A stretch of 64,000 nucleotides of DNA from Sphingobacteriaceae bacterium. GTDB lineage: Bacteria; Bacteroidota; Bacteroidia; Sphingobacteriales; Sphingobacteriaceae. The notes beneath the pieces were generated by a model. The model saw nothing but the letters and a program-made list of their open reading frames with translations. It was not told where the DNA came from and searched no databases. The translations under genes were made by a program, and so were the position numbers. Numbering within the stretch: the first letter of the stretch is position 1; each line of letters opens with the position of its first letter. Positions 27,624 through 34,413 of this stretch are shown in pieces. The DNA lies in NCBI GenBank assembly GCA_043763625.1, contig JAYULL010000171.1, forward strand, positions 16,077-80,076, in the 5' to 3' direction.

Positions 27624-27956
27624 GTGCAAGATTACCAGGAGTTATTGGTTTGGCAAAATTCACATAGGTTTACATTAAGCGTTTACCAAAATGTTTCTTC
27701 GTTTCCTAAAGAAGAAGCTTACAACTTGGTAAGTCAGCTTAAACGAGCTTCATCTTCAATACCTACAAACATTGCCGAAGGAACAGGCAGATATACTCAA
27801 AAGGATTTCGCAGGCTTTTTGCAAAATGCATTAGGCTCGGCTCATGAGATAGAATATCTTTTACTTCTTTCGAAAGACTTAGGATTTATACCTGACAATT
27901 CTTTTATCGACTTAAATAGTAGGGTCAATGAAACCAAAGCGATGCTGATGCCTTGA
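27624..27956 (+). CDS. Four-helix-bundle protein (23S rRNA intervening-sequence protein family, PF05635-like)
   Basis: 110 aa with a GTG start. YQELLVWQNSHRFTLSVYQ...LVSQLKRASSSIPTNIAEGTGRYTQKDFAGFLQNALGSAHEIEYLLLLSKDLGFI matches the family signature. Confidence 0.75.
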   Translation: MQDYQELLVWQNSHRFTLSVYQNVSSFPKEEAYNLVSQLKRASSSIPTNIAEGTGRYTQKDFAGFLQNALGSAHEIEYLLLLSKDLGFIPDNSFIDLNSRVNETKAMLMP

Positions 27957-27970
27957 TTAAGAAAGTCCGC

Positions 27971-27988
27971 ATACTTTAAACTTTTCAC
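27971..27988 (+). repeat. Right 18-bp inverted repeat of the four-helix-bundle cassette
   Basis: atactttaaacttttcac. Confidence 0.65.
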
Positions 27989-28011
27989 TTTCAACCTTAA
28001 ACTCCATCAAC

Positions 28012-29160
28012 ATGAATCTCTTCAACGTTTACCCCATCAACAATATAGAAATCGTAAAAGGCCAAGGCAGCTTAGTTTGGGACAATAAGGGCCAAGAGTA
28101 TTTAGACTTATACGGTGGCCATGCGGTTATCTCTATCGGACATACTCACCCGCACTATGTTAGCCGGGTTACTGAGCAATTGAACAAGCTCGGATTTTAT
28201 TCTAACTCGATAGAAATTCCGATCCAAAAACAATTAGCGGAAAAGCTTGGGAAGGTTTCCGGAAAAGAAGATTATCAATTATTTCTGATAAACTCCGGTG
28301 CGGAGGCTACCGAGAATGCTTTAAAACTTGCTTCTTTTTATAACGGGCGAAAAAAGATTATTTCGTTTACCGGAGCATTTCACGGTCGAACTTCATTAGC
28401 CGTTGCGGTTACGGATAATCCTAAAATTATAGCGCCTGTAAATCAAACAGACAATGTTATTTTCCTTCCTCATAATGATGAAGAAGCTTTAGAGAAAGCT
28501 TTCGCAGATTTCGGGGAAGAGATTTGTGCTGTAATTATTGAAGGAATTCAAGGAGTCGGCGGAATTAGAGTTGCATCAGAGAATTTCTTACAGACAATTC
28601 GTTCGCTTTGCGATACTTATAATGCCGTTTTCATTGCTGATTCTGTACAGTGCGGCTACGGCAGAACGGGCAAATTCTACTCTCACGATTATGCCGGAAT
28701 AGATGCAGATGTCTACACCATGGCTAAGGGAATGGGTAACGGTTTCCCGATAGGCGCTATTTCTATTGCTCCTAAATTTGAGGCTTGGCACGGAATGCTC
28801 GGAACAACTTTTGGCGGAAACCATCTGGCATGTGCTGCTGCGTTAGCAGTACTGGAAATAATAGAAAAAGAAAACCTGATGCAAAATGCAACTGATCTGG
28901 GAGCTTATTTGATAACCGAGTTGAAAAAATTTGATGTAATTAAAGAAGTCAGGGGCCGCGGTTTGATGATAGGAATAGATTTACCGGAAGAACTAAGTCA
29001 AGTAAAGAAGAATTTATTATTTAAACATCATATTTTTACCGGCGAAGCAAAACCGAACGTAATTCGTTTGCTTCCGGCGTTAACTTTAACTATGGCTGAT
29101 GCGGACAGATTTTTAGAAGCACTGGCTGTAGAGTTTAAGGCAGAGGCTGTAAAAATTTAA
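28012..29160 (+). CDS. argD: Acetylornithine/succinylornithine aminotransferase (class III PLP)
   Basis: 382 aa. Motifs LINSGAEATENA and DSVQCGYGRTGKFY are present, with the PLP lysine in TMAKGMGNGFP. Confidence 0.85.
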   Translation: MNLFNVYPINNIEIVKGQGSLVWDNKGQEYLDLYGGHAVISIGHTHPHYVSRVTEQLNKLGFYSNSIEIPIQKQLAEKLGKVSGKEDYQLFLINSGAEATENALKLASFYNGRKKIISFTGAFHGRTSLAVAVTDNPKIIAPVNQTDNVIFLPHNDEEALEKAFADFGEEICAVIIEGIQGVGGIRVASENFLQTIRSLCDTYNAVFIADSVQCGYGRTGKFYSHDYAGIDADVYTMAKGMGNGFPIGAISIAPKFEAWHGMLGTTFGGNHLACAAALAVLEIIEKENLMQNATDLGAYLITELKKFDVIKEVRGRGLMIGIDLPEELSQVKKNLLFKHHIFTGEAKPNVIRLLPALTLTMADADRFLEALAVEFKAEAVKI

Positions 29161-29177
29161 CTATTAATCTTAGTGCT

Positions 29178-29240
29178 TGTCACTCTGAGCGTAGTCGAAG
29201 AGTCTAAGCAATAGATGCTTCGCTCACGATCAGCATGACA
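29178..29240. repeat. Imperfect inverted-repeat element related to family B, in the argD-argF' gap
   Basis: tgtcactctgagcgtagtcgaagagtc...gatgcttcgctcacgatcagcatgaca. Confidence 0.4.
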
Positions 29241-29278
29241 AAATGCAATAATAACACTTCATTATCGAACAATAAAGG

Positions 29279-30298
29279 ATGCGAATTTTTACTTCTGTTC
29301 ACGACGTTAACAATGTTCCGGCAATTGTTGACGAAGCTTTATTTCTGAAGCAAAATCCATTTTCAAACCAAGAAATAGGGAAAAACAAAACAATCGGGCT
29401 GATATTCATGAACCCGAGCCTTCGAACTCGCTTAAGCACACAAAAAGCTGCTCTTAACTTGGGTATGAACGTTATCGTAATGAACATGGATAAAGAGGGT
29501 TGGGCTTTAGAAACCCGCGACGGAGTAGTAATGAACGGAACAACGGTAGAACATATACGCGAAGCTGCCGGAGTGATGGGAGAATATTGTGATATTTTAG
29601 GTATCCGCTCGTTTCCCGGCCTAAAAGACAAAGAAGAAGATTACAGTGAGGACATTTTTAACAAGTTTGTAAAATACAGTGGCAAACCGGTTGTAAGTTT
29701 AGAAAGCGCAATACGCCATCCGCTGCAAAGTCTAGCCGATTTAATTACTATAGTGGAACATTCTAAGGTATCTTCTGTGATAGAAAATGCAAACGGCGGT
29801 TTTGTTCCCTCTCCACCGGAGAGGGCCGGGGTGAGGCCCAAAGTAGTTCTCACTTGGGCTCCTCACGTAAAATCTCTTCCTCAAGCTGTCCCAAACTCCT
29901 TTTCTGAATGGATGTGCAGAGCACAAAATGAAGGAATGCTTGACTTTGTAATCACGCATCCCGAAGGATATGAACTTGCAGAAGAATTTACTCAGGGAGC
30001 AAAAATCACGCATAATCAGGATGAAGCTTTAAAAGGAGCTGATTTTATTTATGTAAAAAACTGGTCGAGCTTTAAGGATTATGGAAAAGTTCTAACCTCG
30101 GGTGAGGGTTGGATGTTAAACCGGGAAAGACTTAAGAGCACTAACCGAGCAAAAGTAATGCATTGTCTTCCCGTGAGACGAGATTTAGAATTAAGTTCTG
30201 ACATTTTAGACAGCCACGATTCTATAGTAATTAAAGAAGCAGGAAATAGGGTGTGGGCTGCGCAGGCAGTATTAACGCGAATGTTGAAAAACCTTTAG
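29279..30298 (+). CDS. argF: N-acetyl/N-succinyl-ornithine carbamoyltransferase (ArgF'-type)
   Basis: Motifs FMNPSLRTRLS, HPLQSLADL and HCLPVRR are present. At 339 aa it has an insert of about 20 aa before RPKVVLTWAPH. Confidence 0.85.
   Translation: MRIFTSVHDVNNVPAIVDEALFLKQNPFSNQEIGKNKTIGLIFMNPSLRTRLSTQKAALNLGMNVIVMNMDKEGWALETRDGVVMNGTTVEHIREAAGVMGEYCDILGIRSFPGLKDKEEDYSEDIFNKFVKYSGKPVVSLESAIRHPLQSLADLITIVEHSKVSSVIENANGGFVPSPPERAGVRPKVVLTWAPHVKSLPQAVPNSFSEWMCRAQNEGMLDFVITHPEGYELAEEFTQGAKITHNQDEALKGADFIYVKNWSSFKDYGKVLTSGEGWMLNRERLKSTNRAKVMHCLPVRRDLELSSDILDSHDSIVIKEAGNRVWAAQAVLTRMLKNL
29807..29838 (+). repeat. GC-rich palindromic element (CCCTCTC-CACCG-GAGAGGG + CCGGGGTGAGGCC) in-frame in argF'
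   Basis: It has a 7-bp stem and is translated as PSPPERAGVRP. Confidence 0.6.
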
Positions 30299-30799
30299 CA
30301 GAAGTATATCTCTAAGTCTTTTAAAAATACGGACGAAAAGAAGTTTTAACCTTTATGCAGAAATACCGTTTTGCCACAATTGTATTTGCAGTTTGATGAG
30401 AGACATAGAGCATAATATCTGCCTTTTTGGTATCAAAAGAGTTAGTAAAACATCATTGTTTATTCTCCCCTAGCCAAGGGCGGTCCTCAAGCCGGAGCTT
30501 TAACCGGTAAAGATATTTTAGTTATTTTTTCGGAACCACACGCTTACATTTCTGCCGGTGTTCCAATAAACAGAAAGCATCCATACCGAGAATTACATTA
30601 TTAACGCCGACCTGCCGCCACAGACGTCAGGATATTTACTTTGGGAAGGCAAACGATATGAACTAAAGGCGGGCCGGTTCGCCTGGCACCCGCTTCCGCC
30701 GGGGGAATAAAGGGAAAAAAATTTATTTTTTCTATTACGTGTTTAAACTTCTTTATAAAACTTTTGTCTATGATGCATAGAGTTTTTTAGTGTAGGTGT

Positions 30800-30839
30800 A
30801 GAGAGGGGGGGCAGTTCGAAAGGGCTGCTCTCTTTTTTT
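30800..30839 (+). terminator. Possible rho-independent terminator (bulged hairpin plus T7)
   Basis: agaga-gggggg-gcag ttcgaaaggg ctgc-tctct ttttttt. Confidence 0.35.
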
Positions 30840-30846
30840 GTGTAAC

Positions 30847-31293
30847 TTACTTTTTTCCCTCCGTCGAATTCCTCCTGATCAGCTCGTCCAGACTCCATTT
30901 GCCTGCACCGAAAACCAATAAGGCTAATAAGAAGATTAAGTAATAAAGCGGTATCTCGAATCCGTTATCGCCTGCTTCAAAGCCATTGCCCCAATGCACC
31001 GTTTTGATGGCAACAAGCATCACGACAATTAGCGGGATAGTAATAAAACGTATTCCTAATCCTAGAACTAACAGAATGACTCCTAAAGCTTCGGTTCCGG
31101 CAGCGAGGTAAGCGTTTAAAGCCGGAAAAGGAATACCCATTCCTTTAAACCAGTCTATAATATCATTTATATTAGTCCATTTCATAACTGCAGGTTCGTA
31201 AAAACCGTAAGCTAAGACCATGCGAATAAGAAACAGTGGAAGTGATTTTGCCGTTGAAAGCAAAGCAATGTACTTCAATACAAATTTTTTCAT
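30847..31293 (-). CDS. DoxX family membrane protein (last gene of the MNIO RiPP cluster)
   Basis: 148 aa with 4 TM segments and DoxX-like topology and size. Synteny with DUF692/DUF2063 supports the call. Confidence 0.7.
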   Translation of the reverse strand: MKKFVLKYIALLSTAKSLPLFLIRMVLAYGFYEPAVMKWTNINDIIDWFKGMGIPFPALNAYLAAGTEALGVILLVLGLGIRFITIPLIVVMLVAIKTVHWGNGFEAGDNGFEIPLYYLIFLLALLVFGAGKWSLDELIRRNSTEGKK

Positions 31294-31337
31294 TTTGTTT
31301 GATTTAATTATGAAGGAAAGGATTGATAAGATTTATG

Positions 31338-32087
31338 TTACAGCTTAAAACCCAAGATGAATTGCTTTTGCTTCATCTCGTTTAAAAAGTTTACGGTATA
31401 TTCGATAAGTTGGTTTTTTTCGGTATCAGGAAACAAAGAAGCTGTTTCGTCTAATATTTCTTGCAGGGTATATTCGGCGTTAAGCAGTTGCTCAACCACA
31501 ATCGCGTAAAGTCCGGAAAGATTAACAAACTCCACTTCGCGGGTTTCCAAATCCCGATAGGCCAGTAGAAAGTATACTCCTTTGTTAACCTCCAAATTTT
31601 CAGGAGTTGTAAGATGAACCGGATATTCGAATTGAACAATTTTAGTTTCAGGATTAACAACAACGATGTCGATAAGCCAATCACCTTGAGGTTTGTATTC
31701 CCGCACCGGCAAATCTTCCATATTATAAAGCTCAATCTCGAGCCATTCGAAATATAAAAGATCCTTTAAATACGGCAGCTCGGGTTTTTCGGAGAACTCG
31801 TTTTCAATCAGATATTCGTAAAACTCAAAGGGGAGTTTCCAAACTTGAGGCGACTGAGCTTTGTGGTTAGAAAAGAAATTTTGAACTAATTCGTGCCATT
31901 TATCCTCACCCAGTAATTGAAAAGTAATAGGATAAGCGTTTTCAAGCGTATCGAAAACTACATTGTAGACAAGTTCGCGGTAGCGGGAAATATTTTTATT
32001 TGTTCCGGGGATTTCGGGCTTTATTCCTGTTCGGCAATAGTCGGCAAGCAAGCTTTGGGCTTCAAAAGTTTCAGACTGCAAGTGCAT
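31338..32087 (-). CDS. DUF2063-type RiPP maturation partner protein (BufC/HvfC-like)
   Basis: 249 aa. The start overlaps the DUF692 stop by 17 nt. The position immediately after DUF692 is the canonical arrangement. Confidence 0.6.
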   Translation of the reverse strand: MHLQSETFEAQSLLADYCRTGIKPEIPGTNKNISRYRELVYNVVFDTLENAYPITFQLLGEDKWHELVQNFFSNHKAQSPQVWKLPFEFYEYLIENEFSEKPELPYLKDLLYFEWLEIELYNMEDLPVREYKPQGDWLIDIVVVNPETKIVQFEYPVHLTTPENLEVNKGVYFLLAYRDLETREVEFVNLSGLYAIVVEQLLNAEYTLQEILDETASLFPDTEKNQLIEYTVNFLNEMKQKQFILGFKL

Positions 32088-32898
32088 GAGTTCTTACTGC
32101 TTTTGAAGCGCAAATAAATTTCAGTCGTTCTAGTTCTGTTTGCAATTCTTCCATTTCCGGAATATTGAAATCGCGTTCAAGCAAAACCGGCACGTTGTCG
32201 ACCAAATTCATAGTGTAATCAAAAAGGTCGAAAACGGGTTCTACAATGGCTTCTCCGTGCGTATCAATGATTAGATCTTCCGAAACTTGTTCGTGTCCTG
32301 CCATGTGGATGTACGCAACCTCGCTTAAAGGCAATCCGCTAATAAATGCTTTTGCATCGTATTTATGATTAAAAGAGTTTACATACACATTGTTCACATC
32401 GAGCAAAAGTTTGCAACCGGATTTGGCAACTATGGAATTGATAAAGGCGAGTTCGTCCATTTCTGCGGCAACAGGCGAATAATAAGAAACAATTTCGAGC
32501 ACTAATTCTCGCCCTAAAAAGCCTTGAATAGAATCAATTCTGTTTACAATATGATTAACTGCATCATGCCGAAAAGGGATTGGAAGTAAATCGTAGAGGT
32601 GAGCGTTATTGCATTTGGAATAGCTCAAATGCTCGGAGTAGATCTTGACGTTGTATTCTTGGAGAAAATTCTTTATCTGTTTCAAAAAATCCCAATCCAA
32701 CTCGTCCGGACTGCCGATAGAAAGCGAAAGACCGTGAGTAAAAATCGGATACTTCTCAGCAACTCGGTTTAGCATTTTTTTCCAATTTCCGCCTAATCCC
32801 ACCCAATTTTCCGGAGCAAGTTCAACGAAGTCAGGCTTTATCACCGATCCTTCTATTAACTCTTCGGCAAAATCACGTCTAAATCCTATTCCTACCAT
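32071..32898 (-). CDS. DUF692 multinuclear non-haem iron oxidative enzyme (MNIO; BufB/HvfB/MbnB family)
   Basis: MVGIGFRRDF...FVELAPENW...THGLSLSIGS...SEHLSY...LLDVNNVYVNS...YIHMAGH matches DUF692 blocks. The ATG at 32898 is preferred over 32970. Confidence 0.85.
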   Translation of the reverse strand: MVGIGFRRDFAEELIEGSVIKPDFVELAPENWVGLGGNWKKMLNRVAEKYPIFTHGLSLSIGSPDELDWDFLKQIKNFLQEYNVKIYSEHLSYSKCNNAHLYDLLPIPFRHDAVNHIVNRIDSIQGFLGRELVLEIVSYYSPVAAEMDELAFINSIVAKSGCKLLLDVNNVYVNSFNHKYDAKAFISGLPLSEVAYIHMAGHEQVSEDLIIDTHGEAIVEPVFDLFDYTMNLVDNVPVLLERDFNIPEMEELQTELERLKFICASKAVRTHALAV

Positions 32899-32986
32899 AA
32901 TTGCTTCAAAGTATTTCGTCGTCTCGACGATAGGAGAGATCCTCGCTTTCGCTTTCCTTCCCATCGTCAATACGACAAATCATTAA

Positions 32987-33322
32987 TTATTTTTTCTTGT
33001 CGCCACCGCATTTACCTTCGCCGCATTTTGCGTCTTTGGTTTTTGCTTTAGCACCTTTTTTACCTTTAGCACCACATTTGCCGTCTTTAGTTTTAGCACC
33101 GCATTTACCGTCTTTAGTTTTAGTGCTGTCTTTTCCGCACTTTAATTCAAAAGCTTTGTCCACAACATTGTTGGAAAGTAATTCAGCTCTAACTTCAGAA
33201 GCTGTACCTAAAGAAGAATACGTGTTTAAGGAAGCCGCCGCAGTAGCAGCTAATGCCGACACACTCATAATTGCTCCGGCCAATAAAGAGCCGCTTAAGA
33301 TTGATTTTTTGTTTGATTTCAT
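32987..33322 (-). CDS. Secreted Cys/Gly/Lys-repeat RiPP precursor (HvfA/bufferin-like metallophore candidate)
   Basis: 111 aa. A Sec signal peptide (MKSNKKSILSGSLLAGAIMSVSALA) is followed by five C-G dipeptides in KCGK, DGKCGAK x2 and KCGEGKCGG. It lies directly upstream of the MNIO gene. Confidence 0.7.
   Translation of the reverse strand: MKSNKKSILSGSLLAGAIMSVSALAATAAASLNTYSSLGTASEVRAELLSNNVVDKAFELKCGKDSTKTKDGKCGAKTKDGKCGAKGKKGAKAKTKDAKCGEGKCGGDKKK
33065..33118. repeat. 27-bp tandem repeat x2 within the precursor gene
   Basis: tttagcacc(a/g)cattt(g/a)ccgtctttagt occurs twice and encodes TKDGKCGAK x2 on the minus strand. Confidence 0.85.
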
Positions 33323-33461
33323 TTTGTGTAAATTAATTGTTTATAGTTGTCAGCTTCCCGCTGAATATTTTAGTTCTACCTTTAATCTTGGTTTTTTGAT
33401 TATTGTCTCGTGCTTCCTTTTCTCTCTTAGACGTTCCGTGGAAATAAGCCTTACAATAAAA

Positions 33462-33734
33462 TTAACCTTTTTTTATTTCGCTATCAATTATCTTTTCTAA
33501 GTTCGACTTAAAATCTTCATGGAGTTTAAAATCAATACTATTTTCCATATATAATTCTTTCACCTTTCGTTCGATAAACCGACTTTGCTTGCTATACAAT
33601 TTACAGAAAGAACAACCGATTAAGTGAATCGAAAGCTCTAATCCTTTCCTCCGGCTCAAGCCTTCCGAATTTCTTCTTTCAATAAGCTCGGTAGCCTTTT
33701 TGCAATTCCATAATAATGCTATAAGCCCTGACAT
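33462..33734 (-). CDS. Anti-sigma factor, soluble zf-HC2/ZAS type
   Basis: 90 aa with motif H-LIG-C-SF-C (H-x3-C-x2-C) and no TM segment. The start lies 1 nt after the sigma-factor stop. Confidence 0.6.
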   Translation of the reverse strand: MSGLIALLWNCKKATELIERRNSEGLSRRKGLELSIHLIGCSFCKLYSKQSRFIERKVKELYMENSIDFKLHEDFKSNLEKIIDSEIKKG

Positions 33735-33735
33735 T

Positions 33736-34305
33736 CTATCTCCCTACCCAATTTTTCTCCACACAAGCCCTTAAACTTAATTTAGCTCGGTGCATGATTA
33801 CCCAAAAGTTAGACGGCGATAAATTCAGTTCCTTACAAATGTTTTCCGAATCCTCATCATCAAGGTGTTTCATCGTGAATACTGACAACCATAAGTACGG
33901 CATTTTTCCCATACATAGTTTCAGCATTTCGCCAAATTCTTTATTTTCTATAGAATCAGCTTCATCGTAAGCAATTTCACGCGGGCTGTATTCAGGCTTC
34001 CAGTGTCCGTTGTCTTCAAAAAAATTATCCGGATTCAATTCATTTATACTATGCGAAATAGTTTTATTCCCCGCATTTTTTCGATGATAATCAATGATTT
34101 TATTTTTAAGAATTGCAACCAACCAAGTTCTTTCGGAACTTTTGCCTTGAAACGAACCACGGTTTTTAAGGCCGGATATAAAAGTATCCTGAATTAAATC
34201 TTTGCAAGTTTCTGAGTCTGAAATTCTCCTTACCGCAAAAGCATACAAATAATCGGCGTGATTTTTAACCCAAGCCTCCGGTTCTAAACTTTTATCTTGG
34301 TGCAA
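33736..34305 (-). CDS. ECF-type RNA polymerase sigma-70 factor
   Basis: 189 aa. Region 2 reads DLIQDTFISGL...WLVAILKNKIIDYHR. Region 4 contains an HTH at SENICKELNLSPSNFWVIMHRAKLSLR. Confidence 0.85.
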   Translation of the reverse strand: MHQDKSLEPEAWVKNHADYLYAFAVRRISDSETCKDLIQDTFISGLKNRGSFQGKSSERTWLVAILKNKIIDYHRKNAGNKTISHSINELNPDNFFEDNGHWKPEYSPREIAYDEADSIENKEFGEMLKLCMGKMPYLWLSVFTMKHLDDEDSENICKELNLSPSNFWVIMHRAKLSLRACVEKNWVGR

Positions 34306-34413
34306 AACTCAGGTATAATTTCAAAATTAGAGCTTATATTTCTTTGATTTTTGGTTACAAAAAACTTTAACATTAATTAACAGAAGTATAAATAGGGTTT
34401 CTTTGGAGGTTAG

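Noticed and set aside
32997-33500. 167-aa plus-strand ORF with striking repeats (APHLPSLVLAPHLPSLVLV).
   Set aside because: It is the antisense translation of the Lys/Gly/Cys repeat precursor gene and its 27-bp tandem repeat. The minus-strand reading has a signal peptide and fits the MNIO operon.
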